A DNA stretch of 62,502 nt, the filler included, from Choristocarpus tenellus KU-1152 (lineage: Eukaryota > Protista > Phaeophyceae): assembly GCA_964200185.2 (NCBI GenBank). It is 13 parts of 13 records of this genome, joined end to end, with 100 filler letters (N's around TTAATTAATTAA, not from the genome) between each part and the next. Parts side by side here need not be neighbours in the genome. Positions count along the whole stretch, not along the records: positions 34,037 to 38,645 come from CAXNAD020013805.1; positions 38,746 to 46,251 come from CAXNAD020006049.1; positions 46,352 to 49,458 come from CAXNAD020022283.1; positions 49,559 to 53,945 come from CAXNAD020014789.1; 9 more parts are not named here. One strand, written 5' to 3'. The position numbers were made by a program, and so were the translations under genes. The notes under the pieces are model-generated. The model made no database searches. It was not told the origin of the DNA and saw nothing but the letters and a program-made list of their open reading frames with translations. Shown piece by piece: positions 38,580 through 52,600 of this stretch. Numbering within the stretch: position 1 is the first letter of the stretch; each line of letters opens with the position of its first letter.

Positions 38580-38779
38580 CAGCATCGTTTTTGGGGGGGG
38601 GGAGGAAAAAAAATCAAGAAGGTATGTCAATATCGATATGATGTGNNNNNNNNNNNNNNNNNNNNNNNNNNNNNNNNNNNNNNNNNNNNTTAATTAATTA
38701 ANNNNNNNNNNNNNNNNNNNNNNNNNNNNNNNNNNNNNNNNNNNNCTGACAACACGACGACCACACCAGCCGAAAAAGG

Positions 38780-40220
38780 GCAGGATGAGCAGTGATGGGT
38801 CAAACTCGTAGCTCGATTGACACTCCCTTCCGTTGGGACATTTTCGGAATCTCTGTCAGGGTACGAGGTAGAATAAGAGTTATGGACAACCCAACGGAGG
38901 TGGTATGTATTTGGTGCCACAGGGTTGCAAGGGTGGACGTGCTCACTCACTGGGATTGGGCACACAGACGTACAGATTCATATGCATGTAAGCATTACAC
39001 AGCATCTACCCGGAATTTCTAGGTGCTAGCAATTTGTTTCCTGGAGGGATGGGTAGACTACCCTGTTAGAAATATGTCAATGACAAGTATAGAGACCTGA
39101 CTTTGTCACCACAATGACGTGTAGAAATTGCACACACTATTGCATCTAGCACTCCCTCACATACTGTATGTGGTACTGTGCTCGCGTGCCTGTGTGGAAA
39201 CATCTCTTTGATGGGTTCATCATTGTTGTTCCACAAGCAAAGAGCTATGATCCACCCTTCAGAACTTCATGTCCTGGTACAGTACATCACTATGGATTCT
39301 TGCCCCTACATGAGGCCACCTTCCCCATATCACAAGTGAGGGAAGGTAACCAGGAGGCTCGGGACAATGATGCCTCGCACAAAACCTTCGTCTGCATAGG
39401 CAAGGGCGCCATTTATCGCCCCCTTACCGGACTTTTCTGCGTCGCCCAAACTATCCAATATCAGCACATCGATTGGGATGGAGAAATATTGACCCTGCCT
39501 GTTCTTGTTGATCACCATCTAGAGCTTCTGCATCAAGACTTCTGCCATATAATGGGCACAATCGATGACCAGTCCTTAACCCAATCTATGCTTGGCGCAT
39601 GCCATTTGACAAGCCAAGACCCATTGATGAGACAAAGCATGGAATACACAATGGTGTGCACTGCACCATATTGAGAGTTTCTCATTGATTACTGACAGGT
39701 CAGTAAGGAGGACCTCTTTCCAAATAGTACTAAGGGGTGTTCGTTATATCTTGCTTCCTCTCTGGGAGTAAGTACATCTCACAATCCAGTCAGGAACAAG
39801 GAGATCTCTGACCACGTTGTGAACGGGTGTCCCGTTAGTCTCTTCTTGCAGAAGGCTAAGGAGTCCGTTCAGAAATTCGTGGGCATCTCCTTGCTCACTG
39901 TTACGGTACGTCCTGCATGTAGAGGGTGGAACAGCATTCAAGGAGAGGTGGGGAGAGAACCATGAAGACTTTGGAAAGATACTGCAGGGTATATATTCCC
40001 CAATGCTTTTACAAGGAGTATTGAATGTAGCGAGGGGGTGTAGGGAACCCTATGCTTCTCCTTATACTGTGTGAAATTTGCATGCATGGAACAGGGAACA
40101 AAGAACTGGTGTGGAGTATGCTGTAAGAGGCTAGGTCTACTGGGCCCTGGTGCAACCTGACTACTGATATATAGGCATGTACTCTGTATGTGGAAGCAGT
40201 CCAATCCTCTCAGTTACCCA
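38780..40220 (-). pseudogene. Degenerate ubiquitin-specific protease (peptidase C19-like) sequence
   Basis: EQGDAHEFLNGLLSLLQEE (Q-box) at ~39840-39900, an upstream Cys-box-like LRGLDCFHIQSTCLY, and a downstream His-box-like YHLRWVVH, all in the correct order. Confidence 0.5.
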
Positions 40221-41299
40221 GGGGTTGTTCTATCCCCAAGAAAATTCATGATATTTGCATCCATTCCTCTCAACCTCTCCACCACAAGAACCCAAGACAA
40301 GGGAAACCAGCAAGACTGTAAATGTGGATAGTGATGAATAGAAAGTACTCACGGCTGCTTGAAGCGGAGGGACCTCGCGATCAGGGGTCCTCCGTCACCC
40401 CCATGAGTGGCAAAGAAAGAGCTGCTCAACGTGCTGAAGGCCGTGTCTCGGTAGCTTGTGAGAAGGAGTATTTGGAGAAGGGTGATATCTGATTGGTAGG
40501 GCCGACAATAGCAGCTGTTTGAAGGAGAGGATACAGCACTGCATGTAGCAAGTCTAGGCTTTCCAGCATATCCGTTTGTGCTTGAGGTTGTGCTACCTAC
40601 TGTGCAGTATATCCACAGGACAGGCATTTTCAAAGCATGCTCAATGGCAGAACACGTGGGATCACAGAGCACAGAGACGCTCTCTATATCGAATCTGTAC
40701 AAAACACATCCACACTTATGACATTCCACTACGCATAGGCCACTCCCTACATTAGCAAAACGCATTAACATAGTTGTAGACCAGTAAATGACAATAATGA
40801 AATACACCAGCATCTTTGTAATTTCACAACTGTCATTTCTCTCATCCTAATAATCAGGAGTTCGAGATAAGTAAGGCTTGCCAAGATCACAAGTGGGTGT
40901 TTCATCACCTTAGGTCTGTAGGTTTAGAGAAGCCAACACTAGTGGGGGGGGAGGAATAAAAAAGGTACAAAGGAGGCAGAGGTAGGAAGTTAGACCCTCT
41001 CCACTTCCAACACTCTTTGTCACTAGTAGAGAACCATCACCATCCCCACCTAATATACCTCCAGGAACGAAGCAATTGGTCAACAAGGCATGACATGTGC
41101 CGGTTCCTCAGAAGATAGTGAGAGGATCTGGGTGAGACAATAAACTGAAGAATGTTGTTAAGGGACAGGTATTACCAATCTTCACAAGCAACTCGCTTTC
41201 TTGAGAAAAGAATTTTTTTATTGGTTTCTATTGTTCTCAGCAACAAAGTAGTTACCAACGTCAGGATCAACCAGAATAAAATAGTCTTTAGCCCGAAAA

Positions 41300-42500
41300 G
41301 AAATGATGAGAGAATGAAATTATGAACCGGCTATATGATATCATATATTCCATTACCATTGCTATTGTATGTATTCCCAATGGACCTGAAAATAACCAAA
41401 ATGAAGAAGTTTGCATACCTTTATAGGTAAATAGAAGTATCATAGGTGGAATTTTCACCATAGAGTATGGATACCCTACAGCAACGTTCGTTTTATGCCC
41501 TTCCATGTGCATCTAGCATCTTAGAGTGACAGTAGAGTTAATAGGAGTGTGATTGACAGCAGTTGATAAATGTTGTTACACATTAAGATCCAAAATAAAT
41601 GCACTATCACTTCTTCCAATGGTAAACTTCTTATACTTTCTACGTACAGTTATTCATGTAACTCCTTGCACCACAATCAAGTCCTTTCTTCATTTTCTCT
41701 CTCTGCTGGAAAGCACCTACTTACCTAAGCGTTATGCTTTGTTCTGAATGATGGAGAATTGAAGAAATGGGTTGGCCGAGGCCTGCACTCTCCACATGGT
41801 ACTTTACTTGTAGCACTATAATGATGATGATAGTCACATCAAGCATAGTTCACTCTTTAAATCCAGCATGCCTCCCAACACTGGTATTAGTTTTACTGGC
41901 TGCTTATAGTGCCACTAATGTTTCTTGCATGTTTAACCTTAAAGTTCACAAGAGTGTGTGATAGTCCTTGTACAGAATTAGGGCAAAATATATAAATTAA
42001 TGTTGCATGCGAACCATCATTGGCATCAGCCATCTTCAATGTTGGGATGTGCAGAGTAAAGGTATAGCATTGTAGACTCCCTTGTCTAATACTCGAGGCA
42101 GTAACCGGTAGTCTTCCTCTATCCCTGCTTCCTCACCTCATGTTCGAAACTGGCACATCACTCACAGTGCCGGCAATATTCCCACCTGCAAAGGGCATCA
42201 TCATTACAGACTTTTGGCATGCCCTCGAGCTTTAAAATATGAGGCAATGTTTTCAACTAAAATAAGTATTTGGTCATTCACCGTTGTTCTGGGAGTCGGG
42301 GGTGTTTCAAATTTGAGTGTATCAAGATGCATAGAAATTACTTTGTGGTTCAAATATGCTAATTCATTATTTTCCCAAGGAGAAAATGTGTGCGAGTCAT
42401 CATCCTTGTTTCTGCAATTATACCCTCCGACCTCTTTCACCCCCATAGTCTCATCGCGCCTACTTCCTCCATAGCCCCACCAGAGCTGATGCTCCAAACA
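41300..42500 (-). mobile_element. Possible second hAT-like remnant
   Basis: IAGTVSDVPVSNMR near 42140-42180 resembles the hAT xVTDNAxNM motif. Otherwise heavily decayed. Confidence 0.25.
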
Positions 42501-42713
42501 TTGACCAGTCGATTTGATATTTTTTTTAGATGAGTGTATGGTAAAAGAAGTACAAGGTCTCTTTGATTTTTTTTTTTAACATCAATGATCGGCACAATCC
42601 AAGTAACCTCGTACTACTGTTGGGAACCTTTTCATAGGTTTGGCGAGGTGAGAGGACGAGTCATATTGCAAGACAGTACTACACAGTATTAAAACGATTA
42701 TATAAACTCTCAC

Positions 42714-43132
42714 ATTTCCATAATACGCTTCATAATCAACATGACCACACAGTACTGTGTATTGTTCTACCACCTAACATATATGTCCAACTGACTATCT
42801 ACACATCCACAAGAAAGAATCAAATCCCTCTTAAGACTTGGATGGCTGGGTCCACAGACTGAACTACCCCCCCGCCCTTCAAAGCTGATAAAAGTGGGGA
42901 CAGACATATTAAATTTCAACTTTGGTGGGCATGTGGGAGAAAATCGGAGATTGAACCGAAATATCACAGCTTGTCATCCCTCCTTTCCATTCCTATCCTC
43001 TCAACTCACCTCCTTCCAGCAAGCTCCGTAAATCTCGAAGTCGTAGGAAACCATCTCCCTCAGCTCCTGGAGTCTCTCGATTGAGTAAGGTGGGAAGATC
43101 ATCTGGTCCTTGCCCAGGTGGTTACGAAGCAT
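42714..43132 (-). CDS. Two putative exons of an unidentified gene
   Basis: 43132-43010 (MLRNHLGKDQMIFPPYSIERLQELREMVSYDFEIYGACWKE|gtgagt) and 42773-42714 (ttag|VVEQYTVLCGHVDYEAYYGN|gtgaga) join in phase 0. No homology recognised. Confidence 0.35.
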
Positions 43133-43664
43133 CGCTTCCACTCTTTATTTTGTCGTTTTTGATGTTACTGGAAATTTGAGTTCGGGGGAAGGATGACACC
43201 AAGATAATTATTGATTGCTCAGATAATTCGAGGCACTATATGATTACTCAGTCATTATTATCGCCGTTTTTTTTATATATTTTAGCAACCTGTATTATTC
43301 CCAAGTGGTGAAAAGGGCAGTGGCATTACATATTATCTTCAACCTGCTATCAAACCATTGCCTGCTGTGAGTGCGCGCGATGGCGAACAAGAAAAATAAA
43401 TCAATAAAAGTGATGCGCACTTTTCCATTTATTTTCCGGTATCCAATGGAGTTGACAGAAAAATAACCATACCAAATCTTCTATTATTGCTACTGTCACA
43501 AAAAAACACAAAATCACACAAAGGCAGTAACAACAGTCACATTCGAGAAGAAAAAAAGGCGTTGCTATTATCAATACCTCAGTGTCAAGGCAGTTTACAT
43601 GTCTACTACTGTTCAACCTCCGCAGCAGGGTTGCGTGTTCCACTTGCTAGGGGAGGGATATGAC

Positions 43665-44000
43665 GTTGCACTTTTTCTGGAGGGAGGCATTGATTAGGTA
43701 TTGCACGCTGTGATATCCAAAGGCTACCCTTTGGGGTGGTAGTGCCGTGGAACCAGCACAGAGCTGGTACTTAATAAATGTGCTTGATTGGTTTAGATGT
43801 GATATGGGACTATCATGAGGTTGTGAATGTGATTGTACAATACATTCACAGAAATGATTGTGTGTCCCACATGTTAGGGCAGGGTGTATGGGGTTGCACA
43901 TTTCCTGGAGGGAGGCAATTGATTAATTATTGCACCATGCGATATCCAAGGCTGCCCTTGAGGCTAGTAATGTTGTGGAACCAGCAACAAGGATGGTCCT
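43665..44000 (+). repeat. Direct repeat pair (~105 bp)
   Basis: TTGCAC..CTGGAGGGAGGCA.TTGATTA..TATTGCAC..GATATCCAA.GGCT..GTGGAACCAGCA at ~43665 and ~43893. Confidence 0.8.
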
Positions 44001-47000
44001 CGCTATTGAAAGAATAGTTTCCCTATGAAATTGTTTCTTCTTCATACTTTATTTTTTCCCAACTTTCAATGGAAATGGGGAAATAGCTTTGTGTTCTAGA
44101 CCAAGGATTGATTGTAAGCAATACAGTAGTACTTAGAGGGTGTTGACTTCTGACTTTTTTTTGTTATTCATTTTGTCTTGTGTATGGGGCATTTTGTGTT
44201 ATGTGAATCAATCGTAACAACTGGGGCTACCGTAACGTAGTTTTAAACTATGCACTTGAAGAAACCAAGAAGAAAGATATCAAACTGTAGAAAATGGCTG
44301 TTCCTTTCAAGGAAGAGATGACTGATTTCACATGATCTTATAAAGAAGACTCTGCAATACGTGAAATATACTTTTTTTTTCTAAAGCACAATGTATTTCA
44401 CACCTCAGACAACACAGCACTGAATACATGTATAGGTTGACTTATAACACTTCGGTCAGATTTGATCAATAATCGCTCGTCTAGGATAACACCCGAGTTC
44501 ATTTCCTTGATGGTCACCATTTTCCAAACGATGCTTGAGGTTAACCAATTGAGAGGAAGGCAGCTTTGAACTCTTTTGCATTCCAAGCCATCTTTCTTAC
44601 CCTGCGCAGTGAACTCTATTTCATTGCTTTATGCACACAATAGAGCACGCAAAACTTATGCTCCCCCTTTCCACACGCAAAGAGACACCACAGTGCAACA
44701 AAGGCTCTTTCTCCAATTGTACAAAATGGCGTGATTTTACCTTTTCTTGGGATCCTTTAAACGCAACCCTGCCTACCTCTAAATTCGTTTGGCTCGCTTG
44801 AAGCCCATTTGTCTATAATATGGTGTGTTTATCCAAGACAATCGTTGGGGGCATGTGTCCTTGGGGCTGTGCATTGAAGAGGTTATAATTTTGCAGGTTG
44901 TGGACTTAAGGAAGGACTTCACAGAAATCGAAAGGGAAAACATAAAGCCGCATTTCGGAACATTTTAAATTTGGAATTGGTGTGGCTGTCATTGGTGTAG
45001 GAGAAAATCATGGATATCGGCTTCATAAATCATTTTAGGTTGTACCTGACGATTTCTGACACAAGCCTTTCCTCACGTCCCCAACTCATAAAAAAAAACA
45101 CCATTAAAATATACGACCTAAATGTCTATTCTCGAGATGGTGCCCCCGACCATTTCCTCTACAATAACGACCCCTAGCTATGACAACTTTTGGTACTATA
45201 CTATCTGTATGTAGTTTGGTAAGCCACTGCTTGTTCTGGGGCTTGTCGTAATCTACGGTCCATTATGTAGCGTTACAAGGCACTAATAGTACATCTCCAC
45301 ATAGTGTAGTCCTCCCTATCAAAGATTTCAGGTGAGAGGTACTTCGACCCTTGACTGCCGGGTAGCGAGCTTTCGCCTTCTCTCCCATCCTTCATCACTA
45401 TTTCGATATATCGAGTGTATAATATCGGTATTATCGATATCGATATTATTCGTCGCAATATACCCTCAGAACACCTCAATAACATTGCTCACCACTTGTG
45501 ACTCTCAGGCTTGAAGACTTACAGCTTGTAGGTTTATGGTTGATTCGTCACCTTGGTGCCCGATGTTGGTGTGGATGTTTGGATTAGTGAAGTGGATCCC
45601 ATCACATGATGTAGAATGTAAAATATGTACAGTGGTTTTCCAAGAATACGGGAAGGTATTCCCAACTGTCGAGGTCCAGCAAAACACCCCCCTTTGCCTC
45701 AAGAGCGGTCAAGAAATGTCGACCACAACCCGTCATCTGGCATCTTTGCCTCCTAGTGTCTTAAATGCAGTTATACAGAGGCGCCCTAGTAGCTCCGTGA
45801 TTATTAATGGGTGGTGTTCCCTGTATAAACCTCACGGGTAACAAGTGTCAAGCTGGATAAAGCCTGGCTTTTGTGCTCGCAGAGACCTTGCAGACTGTTG
45901 GGATTCTTCCCTCGCTCCTCACCCCATCTTTATAGGGCTAGGCTGGAGCCATAGTGGCGTAAACATTGGTTCATAGGGAACAGTCTCTTAGAGGAACTTG
46001 TGTATAGTTCAGTTTATTTTTTTATGCCGTTTGGTATTGACCCCTCATGTATTAAAGTTTTTGTAGCCCTATTTTTTTTTTTTCCTCTCCTGACGCATCT
46101 ACAAAATGTCAAAGGGTACATTGATACTTCAAAGTAATATATACTGTGGGTTTGAACCCCCTCGATGATACCAGATTTCCATGAAGGGTCAAAGTATCTG
46201 GGGGGGGGGTGCCAGCGTCCGTTTTTGACCCTGGCTCAAAGTCCTGGGGGGNNNNNNNNNNNNNNNNNNNNNNNNNNNNNNNNNNNNNNNNNNNNTTAAT
46301 TAATTAANNNNNNNNNNNNNNNNNNNNNNNNNNNNNNNNNNNNNNNNNNNNGTGGTCCTCATGAGGCCCTTCTTTGTTGCAGCTACGAAGGGCGAGCGTG
46401 AAGAGCAAGACAACCACAGTTAGTCATTCGACCCATGCAAGCACTCTCCGGTGTGGGCGACAAGGAGGGTCTGCAGGACACCAAGTCGCACGTGTTGGTT
46501 GATCAATATGGTGTGGTATGCGGTTCACAAGTATTTTTGTTTGTGGCGCTATGTGGCACTCTGGAGCTCGGGGTGGTTTCCACAATTATACCTTTTTATT
46601 GTGATGTCAGGACAGGTTGGTTTAGGTTGGTGGACAAGCTTCAGGAAATAACTAGAGAATGTAGTGAATAGGTTCACAACACAAAATATTTGGAGGTGTA
46701 AGAATCTGGGACACGTACCATTTTAGGAAGGGAGACAGACTGTAACTTTCGTTAAGTCTCAAAACAAGGTTTTATCGAGGCAATGGTGATGTAGATGCCC
46801 TGTCACGATAAAGTTACCTAAATTATGTAGGGAGGGATTCAATCTTAAGTATCTGTGGCACATATGTGTCAATAGGTCACACCTAGTCATGCTCGCTTCA
46901 CTTATCAAGACGAAACAACTACTGCAGTATGGAGTTGTGCTTGATGGATCGCCAGAATCGACTTATACGTCCAACACGGTCTGGCCTTCAGGAGGAACCC

Positions 47001-49394
47001 GATAACGATGATCACTCCCCGTTGTGATTCCTCTTGTGGGAGGATATCGTTTTAGCTCTTGTACACATCGCCACGGTTTGTAGTGTGTTGTTCTGGATGG
47101 TGTTAAATACTCACGTATTATATATTTAGTGTATCTTCTATTATCCTGCATCACATTTAACGTGAACCTCAAAATGTGTACCCAGCCACAATCCAAAATT
47201 TGTAGAGAATCTAGTCAGAGCCCAGCGATCTCAACAGCATAGAAAGAGAACGGACAAAACCTATTTTTTAAATGCATACTTCATCAGATGGCACAGGCAC
47301 CAAACTCCATGCAATGAATGGGCGCTGCTTAGCTCCAACAACAGTCCTATACCCAAAACACCACGATGTAAAAGACATAAAATAACTCCCATCACAACAA
47401 AACGTACTGAGCCCCTGCGTGTTGCAAAAGGATGAGGTTAAATTGTACTTTTCTTAGTTATGTTCTCAATTGTTGCACTCCTGACTGATTATATTAAAAG
47501 CACCACTAACCCCATGAAATATGACAAGAGTGGGGTCAGTAGAGGATTGAGTTATACTTTACAATTTTCTGTATATACATGAGGGTCACACACAGGATTT
47601 TGTGTATTGTGTGGCGAGTAAGTATTTGAATTCAGGGTACAAGGGAAGGGGAATTCGAGGGAGTAATTATGTTCGTTGTTGAACTTCTGTGAGAAGGCAT
47701 AAATAAATGTACATTTGGGGGATTGAATAGCGTTCTCGACATTAGTCACTTGCTTAAGGGGGCTCAGAGGTGATGATCCTGTTGACACCCATCATGTCCC
47801 GCTCCATATCACTGTCTTGCGTGTGCTACACGTCACCATCCTTCAAAAGCTTGCATTCCATCAGACACGTATATAATATGCCAGAAAAGTTGAAATGTAG
47901 AAGGAGGTTTCGTGGGAGTGTTCTGAGGGAGCACCTCTTTTACTACATGAAGACTCCTCTTTGCCTCACTGTGGATAACAATCGCACAGTCAATGGCTTC
48001 GAGTTATTGGACATCTGATTGTAAACTGGACACGCCACTTGTACACCACACTAGTGCCTTGTTTGACGAACATAATGGAGACATGAAGTAGACACAACAA
48101 ATGTATGCTATTGGCGGTTGGGGCGTGGGGTGGTGTACGCTCAGTGAGTCAAATTCAATGGGAGATACCTAGGTTTAGAGCGTTTTGCTCTTCATCCCAG
48201 ACTTTTTTACCTCTCGCAATTTACCCATATTTCTATGGATAAGTGGCACGTTTGACTTAAAAATGTTGATTTCTGTTGTTTGAAAAAAATAGAAACAAGT
48301 CAGAAATTATCCCATACACAATTGTAAAAATAGACCAATTTGCACATATTGTCAGCATCCTTAAAATGCAACCCTGGGTATCCCTAGTTTGCTTTGAATC
48401 ATTCTTAGTCTGAGATGTATAGCACTTGTGCACGGATGAAATTGCCTTGACGATACTGTTTCTGTGCTAATGCCAATAGGAGAAGGAGGTAACTGTTGCA
48501 AATTTCTGAAGGCCACTCTCTCTCCTTTCACTGTCCATTGATCAATTCTATCTCTTAATGTAATCGTGCTGTTTTCATCGTGTGAGTGATCATGTTGCTA
48601 AACGTTTGGATACTTAGTCTGTTGTGTGGGAACTCCTTTCCCTCCCCCTGCAGACCGGGATTCGTTTGATATTCTTAGTGTGGCATGTCAGTGGGATCTA
48701 ACCTAACTAAAGTTTTGGTTTGAGCGTGGTAACAAGTGAGGCAAGCTTGTGAAGGTATCAAGGTGCACTGAGGTTGTGTATGCAAGGCCCTAAACTTGCT
48801 GGTGTTTGTCGATGTGCAGCATGTATTTATTTTACACCCGTTTTATTGGAAGGCTACTTTTTGTTGTAAGAAATATAGATCCTCTTGTTGTATTTGTCGG
48901 GTAAATGTTGCTTTTTTCTCCCCAATGACGACATATTGGTTACTCCCATATGTTCCTAGGTGCCGGTGATGTTGTTCAAGTCATGCGTTCGCATACTCAT
49001 GTAAATAGGGTAGGTAAAGGTATCACTCGCAAAGAATAACTAGCATTTTATGACTGCCATTGTATTTCTAGATGCCAATGTTGCTGCTCAAGTCGTTTGT
49101 TGATATCTTTGTGGAAATAGGGCAGGTGAAACTACCAGTAGCTACAGAACAGGCATATTGTCATGTGATGATATCTCCTGTTCAAATTATGCAATTGAAA
49201 CGACAACTCACGGCTAAAAAGAAGATCTCACTGCTTTGTATTTCTCAGTGCGCGCCTAGCTGCCAATATTTCTCCTGAAGCTGTGCGTTTTATGCAAACA
49301 GGGCAGGCAGGCGAAGTTATCACTCGCTGCTCGGGAAGAATGTTGTGCGCTTTTGTAACTACTTGTCTGCGCCCATCTATTAATGACGCTCCTG

Positions 49395-49458
49395 AAGCCA
49401 AAGTATCTTAGAGGTTAGAGCCTCGTCCATTTGGGGGTCAAAATACAATGTTGTGATT
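49395..49458 (+). mobile_element. MITE family B 5' end at contig edge (a reverse-orientation end also lies at 54046-54123)
   Basis: GCCAAAGTATCTTAGAGG.TAGAGCC.CGTCCATTTGG. Confidence 0.85.
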
Positions 49459-49597
49459 NNNNNNNNNNNNNNNNNNNNNNNNNNNNNNNNNNNNNNNNNN
49501 NNTTAATTAATTAANNNNNNNNNNNNNNNNNNNNNNNNNNNNNNNNNNNNNNNNNNNNATGATGCCGGTGCCTTGGGCGCTGATGGAAGGGGGGGTG

Positions 49598-49629
<32 letters not shown>

Positions 49630-52600
49630 GTGCCCTGAAGAAAGCGGCAGAGACGGCGCAAGAGAAGGCTGGGATGAAGGAAGGAAAGGGTGTTGGAGTT
49701 AGCGTGGTAGAGGCGTATGGCAAGGAAGTGCAGCCCAGGGAACTGGATGCTACCCTGAGGATAGAGTACCGGACGAAGCTGCTCAATCCGAAGTGGGCTG
49801 AGGCCATGAGTAACCAGGTGAGGTGGACGAATATTGGAGGAATGTTGAAGAGTTATTTTCTGTGGTGATAGGTTAGTTGACACGTGATAAGGGAGAACCT
49901 CATTGTGGCGTTGGTGATGTGTGTGCAGTGGTGAGCTGAGAAAGATTGCTTTGGTTTGGTGCAACACTGCTTTTTTGGAGGAGGGAGGGAAGGGCGGCGG
50001 GGGGGAGAGGGGTGTGTGACTTATGGCAAGAGGGTTGTTGCATGGTAGGTTGACGAATAGTGTAAGAAGACCCCATTCCTGGATGGTGGCAGCTTTTGCA
50101 TTTGATGACGATGTGAGGTAGGGGGAGGGGGGGGGAGGTTCCAAGCGATGATCCGATTTTTGGCGAAAGATGGTTAGCCCCCACTCCGCTCTCTTTGTAT
50201 TCAAAGCTCTTGATACGAGAATCTTCCCTTCCCTTCATTTTTGTCTTGGAGTAAAACTGTATTTCGTTGTGGTGATGGTGCTACGGCCTTGGGCACTTCT
50301 TCACACCTGACTAATAAGGCGCTGGGAAAAGGCAACAGAAAACAAGTCATTTGGGACCGTACTGCCACGGCAATTTCTCCACCAAAAGAATGTTCGCGGA
50401 AACTCACCTGTATAGCTGGACTCACATGTTGTCTGGGTTCTGGGCTTGGTTGATTGCTGCCCTTCTGGCACCTAACCAAACGCGTTCCCGGCCTCTTGAA
50501 GTACCTCACTGACCTGCTCCACAAAAACAATGTTTTTGTTCCGTGTGGCATTGGTGAAAATGTCCTTTGTTCTGTGAAGGGGAGTGGTGGTGCATACGAG
50601 ATTTCTCAGCGAATGACGGCTCTCATTGGGTGGGGGGGCACGACTGGATTTGCAGAGGAGTGGGTATACAATGGGGCAGCGGAAACGTGAGTTGGCCAAG
50701 TGAGAGGAGGGGGACAGCAGCTGTGTTTGTGTCTGTGTCTGTGCCGGTGTGTCTGTGTCTGTGTGTCTGTGTCTGCCTCTGTGCTCTTGTGTGTCTGTGC
50801 CTGTGTGTCTGTGTCTGTGTTAGTGATGGGTATTTCAGGGCTAAGGTTATATGAGAAATGGCCGGTGGGGGTTATTTGAGAGGTTAAAGAGTTAGGAGTG
50901 TGTCTTAAGAAGTGTTTTAGAGATCTGGCACGGTCTGGAATTGGTTTGTGTGAAAGCAGAATCTGATCGTTGTAGGGCTCGGATGTATCGGATAAGGGTA
51001 CAGCACTCTAGTACTCGAGTTAGATCCGAGGGTTTCATGTGCCCTTTTTGTAGTGTTGAATAACTTGAAAGGTGAAGTTAGGGTTAGGGTTGTGAATTAT
51101 GCTTGTTCCTTGTCATCCTAGTTATGTGCCCTGTTTGCAGTGTTGAACTTAAAAGGTGAAGTTCTTTGTCATCCTAGTCCCAAGGGAGTGCCCCATCTCC
51201 CCTCAGTAAAACATTGGTCTTTGCTGGATTTATTTTCCTACCCTGAAGAACAAAGAGCATGACGATGGTGGTGACGATTTTTTCTCTCCTTACCATTTGA
51301 ACCTGGATATTTCATGAAAATTTCAGCGCGTGAAGTGAGGCCTGAAAAGCTGTGTGGGCGTCCGAACCTATTATAGACGTGAAGCGAGACATGGTGTTCC
51401 ACACTTCAAAAACAAATGTAACGTTATTACTCATGTGTTACACTTGTGGTCCCCCTAGGTATGCTCTTGACGAGGAAATGGCAAAGAAGTTGAGAAGCGC
51501 GAACCCTGAGGCCTTCCAAAACATTCTGAAGCGAATGCTCGAGGCCGCTGGTCGAGGGTTGTGGGAGCCGGACAATGAGGTGGGACATTCCACTCACCTG
51601 GAGGTTGGGGACCTGTTGTCGTATGTTGTCCTGATGCTGCGAAGCTCTGAACAAACCTTAGAACCACTCATTTTGAGGTGTATGGAAGTAACCAAGGTTG
51701 CTTGCAGGAGTCAATACGTTTTTGAATGTCAGATGAACTATTTGCTTGCTGTCACAAAGGTGTTTTTGGAAGGTTTAAGGAGCCGGTCCTGGACAAACAC
51801 AGCTTGATTTAATCATTTCCTGAAGGTGTAAGTTGCTTCCTGCATGAATTTCCACACTCACTATTTCATTCGAAATATTCTTGTTTTTGTCACCCCTACC
51901 ACCCCTCGTTTTCCACGCTCAATGCCCTCTCTCACTAGCACCCCCAACTTCACTCAGAATGCTGACCTTGTCCATTTATCTCTCCTCTGTGATGCCCTCT
52001 CTATTGTGATCATTTCCTTGTTACATTTTTTACAGGTGTTAGATCGTATCCGACAGCAATATGCCGATATTGAGGATGATATTGAGCTCGGGACCGGAGG
52101 TACGGTTTCCCCTTGCTCCTGTTGTTCCCCCCTCCCCAAAACTTATTTGCCACTCAGCGCACCACTTTGGATGATTGAGAGGATGAGGTACACTTAAGTA
52201 CATTCATTATTATTAGTTGCAAGGAAGAGATGATTCTGCATTGACCAGGTGCATCATTAGAGGAGGGACCTCGATAGGGATACATTACTATTTTGTATTA
52301 GCGCTGAATTGGAGGAAGAGTTGGGCTGTTGGATACATGCATTGCGTAGTGAACGATTGTGTGAATTGGATGTAAGAGAGGCACCAGGTGGATCTCATCC
52401 AAATATACAACTGAAGCAAGCGAGTTGGGTAGTTTTTCTATCAGGTCAGAGCAATATTCTACGTGGGCTTTGCGGGGGGGGGAAGGGGGACAATTGCATT
52501 TCATTTGGCCTTTTTGGTATGGGAGTATTGTGTTGTGTGTACAAGCAAGAGTTTGTTCTGAGTAGAGGGCATCCTCCGCAGACGGTAGTACAGTGGGAGC

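Noticed and set aside
46352-49380. Possible pogo-like or other gene remnants
   Set aside because: Only vague motif resemblance (IIYVSDG); no consistent frame or exon chain could be built.
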